64,000 nt of DNA from an uncultured Bacteroidota bacterium. GTDB taxonomy: Bacteria; Bacteroidota; Ignavibacteria; UBA10030; UBA6906. Location: NCBI GenBank assembly GCA_963700635.1, contig CAVOYH010000003.1, positions 704,001 to 768,000 of the forward strand, written 5' to 3'. How positions within the stretch are numbered: the stretch's first letter is position 1; each line of letters opens with the position of its first letter. Position numbers and translations under genes: made by a program. The notes beneath the pieces are model-generated. The model ran no database searches. It was not told the DNA's origin and saw only the letters and a program-made list of their open reading frames with translations. Below, in pieces: positions 49,811 to 58,914 of the stretch.

Positions 49811-51026
49811 GAATCGTCGCGCCCACATCCATGGACCGGCCACCCGGGCGATTCATGGCGTCCATCTGCATCCCTTTCAGGGGCCGGTCACGCCGGCTAT
49901 CGTACAGACCTCGACGTACCGGTTTGCCAATTCGCTCGATGCAATCCGGTATGCCCAGGGGGATCCGGACGTCTTTGTCTACACACGATATCATAATCCG
50001 ACTGTGCGCCAGGCCCAGGAACATCTGGCAGAAGTAATGGGAGCTGAGAAAACCCTGCTGCTCTCATCAGGGATGGCCGCTATCACTTCGGCCATACTGG
50101 CTGTGGTCCGGACGGGAGAGACCATCATCAGCACGCCCGCGTTATACGGAGGCACATACCGGTTCTTTCGCGACATTCTGCCACGCCATGGAATCACGGT
50201 ACGTTATGTCCGGCCGGATCGCCTTGAAGAGTTACCGAAGCTGATCACCGCTTCCACACGGCTTGTGTTCGTGGAAACACCAACAAATCCCACGCTCGGC
50301 ATCGTGGACCTCAAGGCTCTGGTACGTGAAGTACGCAAAGGACAACGCCGGACCGGGCGGCGTATCACGATCATGGCAGATAACACGTTTGCCACCAGTC
50401 GCAACCAGCAGCCTCTCGCTCTGGGGGTAGATGTTGTTGTGGAGAGCGCTACAAAGTACCTTGGCGGCCATTCGGATCTTATCGCCGGCGTTGTCGCCGG
50501 CACTGCCCGCACGGTATCGGACACCCACTTCCAGATGAAGTATTACGGTGGATGCGCGGATCCGTTTGTCGCCTATTTGCTCCTTCGCAGTCTCAAGACT
50601 TTTGCCCTCCGTGTTGATCGCCAGAACGCCAGCGCGCTGGCCCTTGCCGAATATCTTGAACACCACCCGAATATCCGCCGGGTGTACTATCCCGGACTTC
50701 CCTCACATCCGCATCACACCATTGCCTGTCAACAGATGACGGGCAGCGGATCAGCGGGGTATGGAGGTATGGTGACCGTGGAAGTGGGCGGCGGAGTGCG
50801 CGCTGCAGCAAAGGTGTGCGACACACTGCGTATTGCAGTGAATGCCATGTCGCTGGGGGGGGCGGAAACGCTCGTCAGCATCCCGGTCTATTCGTCTCAC
50901 GTGGGAATGAGCGCCCGGGAATTGCGGCAGCATGGTGTCACGCCCGGAATGATTCGTATTTCGGTGGGATTGGAGGAAATTGAGGATTTGAAGAGGGATT
51001 TTGATGGTGCGCTATCGGCATTGTAG
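49803..51026 (+). CDS. PLP-dependent cystathionine gamma-synthase/lyase family protein
   Basis: YTRYHNPT, SSGMAAI, ETPTNP, DNTFAT, SATKYLGGHSD, SLGGAETL, RISVGLE. Confidence 0.92.
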   Translation: MRKNRRAHIHGPATRAIHGVHLHPFQGPVTPAIVQTSTYRFANSLDAIRYAQGDPDVFVYTRYHNPTVRQAQEHLAEVMGAEKTLLLSSGMAAITSAILAVVRTGETIISTPALYGGTYRFFRDILPRHGITVRYVRPDRLEELPKLITASTRLVFVETPTNPTLGIVDLKALVREVRKGQRRTGRRITIMADNTFATSRNQQPLALGVDVVVESATKYLGGHSDLIAGVVAGTARTVSDTHFQMKYYGGCADPFVAYLLLRSLKTFALRVDRQNASALALAEYLEHHPNIRRVYYPGLPSHPHHTIACQQMTGSGSAGYGGMVTVEVGGGVRAAAKVCDTLRIAVNAMSLGGAETLVSIPVYSSHVGMSARELRQHGVTPGMIRISVGLEEIEDLKRDFDGALSAL

Positions 51027-51109
51027 GCGCTCCCGGGGCTTCAATCCTGCCGCACCTGCAGAGCTTTCTGCGAAGCTGGCCGGATCAGGGGCAGGAAGGG
51101 CCTGATTCC

Positions 51110-51138
51110 TTGACCTTCATCCCTGTTTTCTGTAACAT
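51110..51138 (+). promoter_or_regulatory. Putative sigma70 promoter for the PPIase operon
   Basis: TTGACC-N17-TAACAT. Confidence 0.55.
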
Positions 51139-51184
51139 TAAGGTCTAGCAATTCATTGCCTGCAACAAATCACGGAGCCTTACA

Positions 51185-53554
51185 GTGAAACGGAGTTCCT
51201 CTGTGCGTGTGTTTGCCCTCTATTTCCTTTTTTCCGCTGCCTTCATGCTGTTCACCCTGTTCATCGGGTGTGCACCAAAAGGACAGGATACACTCGTGGC
51301 CTCAATCGGCAAGACCCCAATCACGATAGCCGACTATGAAAAACTGTATGTGAAGAGTAATGGAAACGGTGAGGCAGGTGCAACGGCGACGCAGGAAGAC
51401 CGGGAGAAATTCCTCGACCTTATGGTAAAATACCGGAAGAAGCTCCTGTATGCCTACGAACAGGGAATGGATCATCGCCCCGAGCTGCGTGGAGAAATCC
51501 AGCAGTACAAGGGGAGTCTTGCCGCATCATACCTGACCGACCGGGAACTTGTGACCCCGGCCGTGAAGAAGATGTATGACCGCAGCCGTGAGGAGATCCG
51601 GGCCAGCCATATTTTGCTTACCTTCGCGCAGGGTGCAACCGCCGAAGACTCAGCAACAGTGCTCAAGCAGGCCGCTGAAATTATCGCCGAAGCGAAGGCG
51701 GGGAAAGATTTTGGTCAACTCGCCCTCAGTTATTCCCAGGATCCCAGCGCAAAGAGTAATCAGGGCGACCTGTATTATTTCACCGTTGGCCGGATGGTTC
51801 CGGAATTCGAACAAGCCGCATATGCACTGAAGAAGGGTGAAGTGACATCGTCTCCGATCTTTACACGCTTTGGCGCGCATATCCTCAAGATCTACGACCG
51901 GAAACCCTCGCCCGGCGAAACACATTGTAGTCACATTATGATCCGGTTCACGTCCCAGACTCCTTCACCTGAAGATACCATCGCAGCGCTGAACAGAATC
52001 ATGCTGCTCGGGGACAGTCTGGCAGCCGGGGCAGACTTTGCGGAACTGGCCAAACGCCACAGCGAAGATGGAGGTTCGGCTGACCGTGGCGGTGATCTCG
52101 GATGGTTTTCACGGGGACGCTGGCCGCAACCGTTCGATGAGGCGGCAATGTTCCTGAAACCAGGCGAGATCTCCTCCGTTATCCGCACCGCCTACGGTTA
52201 CCACCTGATACGCTGTGCGGAAACCCGTCCGCCGAAGACGTTTGAAGAGGCCCGTCAGGAGCTGCAGAATGTCTATCAGCAGCAACGTTTTCAGAGCGAA
52301 TACGCGGATTTTCTTGCCGGCATCAAGAAAGAGGTACACTACGTCCGCGTCGATTCCGTGGCACATCTCTTCACCACAGCGTTTGATTCCACCAGGACCA
52401 CCCGCGACAGCGGATGGGCGGATGAGCTGAGTCCAGAGTTCCGCCGCACGGCGATGTTCAGGTTCGCCAACGGCGGAGTGAGTGTTGACTCGGTTCTTTC
52501 TATTATAGGAAGTCATCTCGAATGGTCAAACCTTTCCCTCCATCGTATTACTCTGACCTCAACGCTCGACAAGGTCGCGGAGCAGCTGATATTCGCCGCA
52601 AAAGCTGACATCCTGGAAAAGAAGGACCCCGAGTTCGCTGCCCTCCTCCGCGAATACAAAGAAGGCATTTTGCTCTATCAGGCCGAACAGGAACTGGTGT
52701 GGAACCGGGTCGTCACAAACGACTCTTTGCTGCGTGAGTATTTTGAGAAGCACCGGGATGCCTATATGTATCCTGACCGGGTCCGGTTCTCGGAAATTCG
52801 CGCTGCGAGTGAATCCCAGGCGAAAAAGATATACGACAGGATCATGGCAGGAAACACGATCGAACGGATTGCCGCCGAGGACTCCGTTCGTATGAAACTT
52901 CCCTCCTCGTATGAAGTACGATTTGCCGCCGGCAGCAGTGTCCTCGGGAAATCTGCACTCACGACTATCGAAAAAGTGCGTGCTGCAATTCTTCGGGAGC
53001 CGGAGCTGCGCATCAAGCTTGTTGTTTCGCCTGATACCACCACCCAGAAAATCAAAAATGAAAAACTTGCTGCCCGCCAATTGGAGATGGTCCAGCGCCA
53101 CCTGACGGAAAAGTCCGGAATTGCCCCGGATGCCATCATGACCGAGCAGCGGCCGCAGCGTTTTGCGGCTGACAAGGTCAAAGACTCGGCCGGTGTGACA
53201 CGACGCGTGGAGATCCAGATTCTGGGGCGCCAGCCTCTGGTCATCAGTCAGATCGAGCACCACCTGCTCGCTCCAGCCTCTGACGATCGGGCCCGGCATG
53301 CCGATACGCTCGCGATCGGTGGTATTTCCATGCCGTTCTTCTTCAAAGTGGGGTATTCGATCGTCCGCCTCGATGGCCGCGAGCCGGCCAGGCAAAAGAC
53401 TCTTGAAGAGGCCGGAGCAGAGGTCAGCAGTCATTATCAGGATTATGAATCAAAACGACTGGAACAGGAGTGGATGGACCGTGTTGCTCAGGAACATCCA
53501 GTCACGTTGTATAAGGAAGCTCTCAGGCAAGCGTTTGCACCTCCCCGGAAATAG
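51185..53554 (+). CDS. Multi-parvulin peptidylprolyl isomerase lipoprotein with inserted OmpA-like domain
   Basis: Lipobox-like LFIGC; ASHIL...GDL..F...MVPEFE; CSHIM...GGDLGWF; OmpA-like segment at aa 576-680. Confidence 0.88.
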   Translation: MKRSSSVRVFALYFLFSAAFMLFTLFIGCAPKGQDTLVASIGKTPITIADYEKLYVKSNGNGEAGATATQEDREKFLDLMVKYRKKLLYAYEQGMDHRPELRGEIQQYKGSLAASYLTDRELVTPAVKKMYDRSREEIRASHILLTFAQGATAEDSATVLKQAAEIIAEAKAGKDFGQLALSYSQDPSAKSNQGDLYYFTVGRMVPEFEQAAYALKKGEVTSSPIFTRFGAHILKIYDRKPSPGETHCSHIMIRFTSQTPSPEDTIAALNRIMLLGDSLAAGADFAELAKRHSEDGGSADRGGDLGWFSRGRWPQPFDEAAMFLKPGEISSVIRTAYGYHLIRCAETRPPKTFEEARQELQNVYQQQRFQSEYADFLAGIKKEVHYVRVDSVAHLFTTAFDSTRTTRDSGWADELSPEFRRTAMFRFANGGVSVDSVLSIIGSHLEWSNLSLHRITLTSTLDKVAEQLIFAAKADILEKKDPEFAALLREYKEGILLYQAEQELVWNRVVTNDSLLREYFEKHRDAYMYPDRVRFSEIRAASESQAKKIYDRIMAGNTIERIAAEDSVRMKLPSSYEVRFAAGSSVLGKSALTTIEKVRAAILREPELRIKLVVSPDTTTQKIKNEKLAARQLEMVQRHLTEKSGIAPDAIMTEQRPQRFAADKVKDSAGVTRRVEIQILGRQPLVISQIEHHLLAPASDDRARHADTLAIGGISMPFFFKVGYSIVRLDGREPARQKTLEEAGAEVSSHYQDYESKRLEQEWMDRVAQEHPVTLYKEALRQAFAPPRK

Positions 53555-54422
53555 CGGTAGTCGATCTCTGCTTGCCACATTCGCTCTTGTGCTCCTGATT
53601 TTTGGAGGCGGATGCGGTGATGCCGGAAAACGTGGTGCGTTCGTGGCCCGGGTGAACAACTCCGTACTCACGGAAGACGACATCGCTCTTTCCCGCGACT
53701 CTCTCGGAGAACCTGCCACACTGTCGCGTGAGTATGTTAATGAGTGGATCGTCGCCGAGATGCTCTATCAGGAAGCGGAACGGCGTGGAATCGCAGATGC
53801 GCCGGAGTTTCAGCAACAGCTCGCCCTGACACGCAAACGGCTCGCCGTCGCAGCTCTGCTCCAGCGGGAGGTCTACGCCTCAATCGATACCAACGCTATT
53901 ACCAATGAGGCGATAGTGCAGTCTTTTGCCGCGTCAGGGCCTGCCTTTGCACTTCGTGAGGATCTGGTTCAAGCGAGTCTAGCACTGTTCCGCGACCGGG
54001 ACGCGGCAAATGTGTTCCGCTCACAGATGCTCAGGGGGTCCTCCTGGGAAGAGAGTCTCCGTACGATACGCGCTGATACAACACAGCGAATACAGATTGT
54101 CCGGACCGACGAGCAAAGGTATTTCACCCGTGCCACGATGTACCCCGAAGAGCTCTGGAAACTGGCACGTAGTCTTCCCCGCGAGGAGGTCTCCTTCCCG
54201 CTGCGCACCCCCGAAGGGTACTACCTGATCCGTGTACACAGGACTCTGCGGCAGGGCGAACTGCCACCGCTGGAATATGTCCGTGCAGAAGTGCGCGAAT
54301 ACCTCATGATGGACCTCCGCCGTCAGCGTTATGAGGATTTTGTCGGAGCACTACGCGGAAAACACAGGGTAGATATTCGTGAGACCAGCGCCGATTCAGG
54401 CGCTTCACTGGAAAAGGAGTAA
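53535..54422 (+). CDS. Peptidylprolyl isomerase-like lipoprotein (EpsD/PpiC-like)
   Basis: FGGGC lipobox-like; VARVN...LT; VS.P...GYYL; located between two SurA paralogues. Start uncertain (TTG). Confidence 0.7.
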   Translation: MHLPGNSGSRSLLATFALVLLIFGGGCGDAGKRGAFVARVNNSVLTEDDIALSRDSLGEPATLSREYVNEWIVAEMLYQEAERRGIADAPEFQQQLALTRKRLAVAALLQREVYASIDTNAITNEAIVQSFAASGPAFALREDLVQASLALFRDRDAANVFRSQMLRGSSWEESLRTIRADTTQRIQIVRTDEQRYFTRATMYPEELWKLARSLPREEVSFPLRTPEGYYLIRVHRTLRQGELPPLEYVRAEVREYLMMDLRRQRYEDFVGALRGKHRVDIRETSADSGASLEKE

Positions 54423-54425
54423 AGA

Positions 54426-55712
54426 ATGCGTGCTGTACGTGTCGTGCTGTTCCCGGTCGTGATGGTACCGATGATCCTCGGTATGTGGTCTGCTGTCCCT
54501 GCGCAGACGCTTGACAGGATTGTCGCTGTCGTGGAAAAGGATCCCATCCTGGAGTCCGAGCTTGACGCACAGATCCAGTTCTTTGTGATGAACAACCGTA
54601 TGGATCCGAAAACTCCTGGATTGCGTGATCAGGTGCTGCAGTCCATGATCAGTGAGAAACTGATTATCGCAAAGGCGATTGAAGACAGCGTTGTGGTCAC
54701 CGACGAGGAAGTCAGGCAGCAACTCGATGCGGCAATCCAGTCGCGCATCCAGCAGGTTGGATCAGAGGCGCGGCTCGAAGAAGTGTACGGCATGCCGCTC
54801 AGCCGGATCAAGCGCGAGTATCGTGACGAAATGCGGAAAAACCTGCTTGCACAGAAGCTTCAGCAACAACGATTTGGATCGTCCCAGATCGGCCGTTTTG
54901 AAGTCGAAGAGTTCTACCGGACGTATCGCGACAGCCTTCCCAGGGTCCCTGAGGAAGTGGAGCTTGCCCATGTTTTTATCAAACCGAAGTTCGGGGAAGC
55001 AGAAAGAACTGCGGCACGGGCAACAATGCAGAAGATCCTGGACAGTCTTGCCGCGGGAGTTGACTTTGCCGACCTGGCGCAACGCCATTCTGAGGATCCC
55101 GGCTCCGCACCCCAGGGCGGTAATCTGGGTCTCGTCCGGCGCGGTCAGTTTGTCAAGGAATTTGAAAGTGCCGTCTTCAGTCTGGGCGAGGGACAGACTT
55201 CCAGTATTGTCGAGACGGAACTGGGGATGCACTTGATTCAGCTTCTGGAACGCCGCGGGGATGCTGTGCGGGCACGTCATATTCTGAAGCGCATCCAGCG
55301 CACCGAGGAGGGGGATTCTTCCACCATCCGCCTGCTTGACTCACTCAGGCTGCGGATACTCGCAGGAGAGAATGTCGCCGAGCTCGCAAAGAGATTCTCC
55401 GAGGATAAAGAAACAAATCTTCTCGGCGGGTCGCTCGGCACGCTCGAATTCGAGCAGCTTGACAAAAACTGGTACTCGACGGTTGCCCCTCTCGCGACCG
55501 GCGACGTGAGTATGCCGGCTCGCCTTCCGATCGGGAATTCCTACGGCTACCACATTGTCGTCATGCGCAAACGTATACCGGCACATACGATGACCCTGGA
55601 TCAGGACTATCACAAGCTCGAACAGATTGCGCTGAACTACAAGCGGACCAGGGACTATCAGGCCTGGCTTGACGATCTCCGCACCAGAATCTACTGGAAG
55701 ATTTACCCCTAA
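54426..55712 (+). CDS. surA: Periplasmic chaperone/PPIase SurA
   Basis: LDRIVAVV...ILESEL; two parvulin domains (SEDPGSA..GGNLG; RARHIL...FSED). Confidence 0.88.
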   Translation: MRAVRVVLFPVVMVPMILGMWSAVPAQTLDRIVAVVEKDPILESELDAQIQFFVMNNRMDPKTPGLRDQVLQSMISEKLIIAKAIEDSVVVTDEEVRQQLDAAIQSRIQQVGSEARLEEVYGMPLSRIKREYRDEMRKNLLAQKLQQQRFGSSQIGRFEVEEFYRTYRDSLPRVPEEVELAHVFIKPKFGEAERTAARATMQKILDSLAAGVDFADLAQRHSEDPGSAPQGGNLGLVRRGQFVKEFESAVFSLGEGQTSSIVETELGMHLIQLLERRGDAVRARHILKRIQRTEEGDSSTIRLLDSLRLRILAGENVAELAKRFSEDKETNLLGGSLGTLEFEQLDKNWYSTVAPLATGDVSMPARLPIGNSYGYHIVVMRKRIPAHTMTLDQDYHKLEQIALNYKRTRDYQAWLDDLRTRIYWKIYP

Positions 55713-55729
55713 CCAAAAGGATATACTGT

Positions 55730-56740
55730 TTGTCAGCACGACCTGCACATCCGGCCGGCCCGTATGACGTTGAAGAGGCACAGCGCCTGAAGGAAGCATA
55801 CGACAGCCTTCGCACTGAAATCGCAAAAGTGATTATCGGCCAGGACGCTGTCATTGAGCATATGCTCATTGCCCTTCTTTCACGCGGCCATTGCCTTCTG
55901 GTTGGCGTCCCGGGACTGGCAAAGACGCTCCTGATTCGCACGCTCGCTCAGGTTCTTGACCTGAAGTTCAACCGCATTCAGTTTACGCCGGACCTTATGC
56001 CGAGCGACATCACCGGGACGGAAATCATTGAAGACAAACCCGGTACCGGATCAAAGACGTTCCGCTTTGTCCATGGCCCTGTATTCGCAAACATCGTCCT
56101 TGCCGATGAGATAAACCGTACTCCCCCGAAAACACAGGCAGCACTGCTCGAAGCGATGCAGGAACACCGCGTTACCGCCGCGGGCACCACCTATACCCTG
56201 GCCGAGCCGTTCTTTGTGCTGGCAACACAGAATCCGATCGAGCAGGAAGGCACCTACCCTCTTCCCGAAGCCCAGTTGGACCGATTCATGTTTAATCTCT
56301 GGCTTGACTATCCATCCCCGGAAGAAGAAGTGCAGATCGTGAAGTCGACGACCAGTCTGCACACGCCAGCACCGCGTCATGTTCTTACCGGTCCTCAGAT
56401 CGGCGCGTTTCAGGATCTTGTGCGCCGTGTTCCGGTCGCTGACAACGTACTGGAGTATGCCGTTCGCCTGGTCCGTGGAAGCCGCCCCCGTGCGTCAGAC
56501 GCGCCGCAGTTTGTCAAAGACTGGATCCGCTGGGGAGCCGGTCCACGTGCATCGCAGTATCTCATTCTGGGTGCCAAAACCCGGGCCCTCCTCACGGGAC
56601 GGCACACCCCGGATATTGACGACGTCCGTCTCCTTGCCGGACCGACGCTGCGGCACCGCCTGGTCACAAATTTTACCGCAGAAGCAGATGGCGTAACGGC
56701 GATAGAAATCGTTGATCGGCTTGTGCGTGAACTTCCCTGA
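55730..56740 (+). CDS. MoxR-family AAA+ ATPase
   Basis: GVPGLAKT, RIQFTPDLMPSD, DEINRTPPKTQAALLEAM, ATQNPIEQEGTYPLPEAQLDRF. Confidence 0.95.
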   Translation: MSARPAHPAGPYDVEEAQRLKEAYDSLRTEIAKVIIGQDAVIEHMLIALLSRGHCLLVGVPGLAKTLLIRTLAQVLDLKFNRIQFTPDLMPSDITGTEIIEDKPGTGSKTFRFVHGPVFANIVLADEINRTPPKTQAALLEAMQEHRVTAAGTTYTLAEPFFVLATQNPIEQEGTYPLPEAQLDRFMFNLWLDYPSPEEEVQIVKSTTSLHTPAPRHVLTGPQIGAFQDLVRRVPVADNVLEYAVRLVRGSRPRASDAPQFVKDWIRWGAGPRASQYLILGAKTRALLTGRHTPDIDDVRLLAGPTLRHRLVTNFTAEADGVTAIEIVDRLVRELP

Positions 56741-56745
56741 CATCT

Positions 56746-58914
56746 ATGCCGCAGGTTGACATCCAACTCGGCGCTTCTCCGTTGTTTGCGCTGCTGGCCC
56801 TTGGACTCGCCGCCCTTCTGGCATATCTGTATTACCGGACAACTCTGCCGCCGATCTCAGGCAGCAGGCGATGGCTTCTGCTTGTCCTCCGGGGCACAAC
56901 GCTCGCATTTCTTCTCCTCCTGCTGCTCGAACCGATTGTCAGGGTTGTCTCCACGACATCCCACCCCCCGGTGCTTACCGTTCTGATCGACAACAGCAAG
57001 AGTCTCTCCATGACCGATGCGCTGGGTCACCGGCCCACCATCGTGCGTACTGTCCTCGGGGCACCGGTCATCCAGCGTATCGCTGACTTTGCGAATGTGC
57101 GGTACGCCGCTTTTGGCATCGCAGCCCGGGATGTCGATCCCGACAGTCTTGCCGTGCTGGGATTCTCGGACGACGGAACTGATCTTGCCTCCGCCATCCG
57201 GTCATACAGTGCTGGCTCTGCCACTCTCAGGTCAAACGCCCTGCTTGTCATCAGCGACGGTGTCTCTACCATCGGCCAGAATCCGGTGCACGGGGCTGAG
57301 GGATATGGAATACCTCTCTATACGGTAGGGATCGGCGATACGACCGAACAACGCGACGTCGCCATCACGGACGTTTCCACCAATGCTGTGGTGTATAGCG
57401 GAGTCTCCACTCCCGTTGATGTGATACTCAAGAGCAGCGGATACCCCGGACGGCAGGTGGAAATCACGCTGGCCAACAACTCGACAATCCTTGATCGCGC
57501 ACAACTTGTCCTCCAGGATGGAACCCGGGAATATGCGGTCAGACTTTCGTACATCCCGGAAGCTGATGGGATTCAGTCGTACGTCATTCACGTGTCTTCC
57601 CTGCCTGAGGAGCTGACGGAAAAAAACAACACGCACACTTTTGCTGTTCGTGTACGGAAGAGCAAACTTCGAATCCTGATGGTCGCAGGAATTCCGTCAC
57701 CCGATGTGGCCGTGCTCCGCCAGACGCTTGGCGAGGTGGACCAGTTTTCCATCCAGTCCTTCACGCAAACTCCGACAGGTGATTTTTATGAAGGCTCCCT
57801 GGCAGCGCAGGCTGCGGACTCCGCTGACTGTCTGATCCTCCTTGGTTTTCCCACACGTACAACAAGGGCGGCGGTCTCGGACATGCTCGTTTCAACGATC
57901 CAGACACGCCGACTGCCCGTCCTGATCCAGGTCTCAAAGAGTACAGATGTGTCGCAACTCGACCGTTGGGCGAACGTGCTGCCTTTTGTCATCCAGGGGT
58001 CGCCTTCAGCAGAGTACGAAGCGACGGTGGATGCGGCGGAGCTGGAACGACTGACCCCGGTGCTCACGCCCGAATATCCTGAAGGAAGCGACCCGTGGGC
58101 ACAGCTGCCACCGTTGTTCAGCATGCGCCTCCCTCTCCGGGTCCGCCCCGATGCCGTCGTCCACGCCACAACCCGCGCACGCGGACAGATGTCAGCGGAG
58201 CCTGTCATCATCTCGCGACGCGCGCAACGTCAGCGCGTGATGGCATTTGTGCTGCACGGATTATGGCGTTGGCGCTTGATGGCCCAGCGTTCCCCTTCCA
58301 CGCAGACGTTCTTTTCTGCATTCCTCTCCAATGCGGTACACTGGCTTACTACGCCCGATGAATCGGGTCCTGTGATCGCCCGCCCTGTTAAGGAATCCTT
58401 TGCTCAAGGGGAACCGATGGTCTTTCGCGCGGAAGTGTACGATACCAGGCAGCGACCCGTTGATGACGCGGAAGTACGAATTGTTGTGCGGCGTGGCGGG
58501 CAGGGTGTGGCGGGGTTGTTGCTCCCCCGGGGGAACGGACGATATGAAGGCGAGACGCCAGGTCTCCACACCGACGGCGCGGCAACGTACCGGGTTACGG
58601 CAACAAAGGCCGGTTCCATCTCAGGGAGTGATAGCGGGCAGGTTCAGGTGAGCGGCACGGCAATTGAATTCCTCCATACCCGCATGGACAGTGATGTTCT
58701 CCGACAGCTGGCATTGAGAACGGGAGGAGTATTCTTGAGGCCGGAGTCTGTCGGAGATCTGGACTCTCTTCTCACAATCCAACCATCATTTGCACCGCAC
58801 ATGACCACGTCAGCCTATGAGCTGCATTTCCGGAGCTGGCCGTGGTACGCGGCGTTGATTGTCATTCTGCTTGCGGTTGAATGGATACTCCGCAAACGCA
58901 GCGGGATGATCTAA
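56746..58914 (+). CDS. Membrane-anchored VWA-domain protein
   Basis: Two N-terminal TMs; MIDAS-like DNSKS...GTD...ISDG; WRWR; C-terminal [12 protein letters not shown]. Confidence 0.8.
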   Translation: MPQVDIQLGASPLFALLALGLAALLAYLYYRTTLPPISGSRRWLLLVLRGTTLAFLLLLLLEPIVRVVSTTSHPPVLTVLIDNSKSLSMTDALGHRPTIVRTVLGAPVIQRIADFANVRYAAFGIAARDVDPDSLAVLGFSDDGTDLASAIRSYSAGSATLRSNALLVISDGVSTIGQNPVHGAEGYGIPLYTVGIGDTTEQRDVAITDVSTNAVVYSGVSTPVDVILKSSGYPGRQVEITLANNSTILDRAQLVLQDGTREYAVRLSYIPEADGIQSYVIHVSSLPEELTEKNNTHTFAVRVRKSKLRILMVAGIPSPDVAVLRQTLGEVDQFSIQSFTQTPTGDFYEGSLAAQAADSADCLILLGFPTRTTRAAVSDMLVSTIQTRRLPVLIQVSKSTDVSQLDRWANVLPFVIQGSPSAEYEATVDAAELERLTPVLTPEYPEGSDPWAQLPPLFSMRLPLRVRPDAVVHATTRARGQMSAEPVIISRRAQRQRVMAFVLHGLWRWRLMAQRSPSTQTFFSAFLSNAVHWLTTPDESGPVIARPVKESFAQGEPMVFRAEVYDTRQRPVDDAEVRIVVRRGGQGVAGLLLPRGNGRYEGETPGLHTDGAATYRVTATKAGSISGSDSGQVQVSGTAIEFLHTRMDSDVLRQLALRTGGVFLRPESVGDLDSLLTIQPSFAPHMTTSAYELHFRSWPWYAALIVILLAVEWILRKRSGMI

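Noticed and set aside
51040-51100. Imperfect GC-rich hairpin after the PLP enzyme gene, considered as an ncRNA or riboswitch
   Set aside because: No recognisable family motif; at most a weak terminator.
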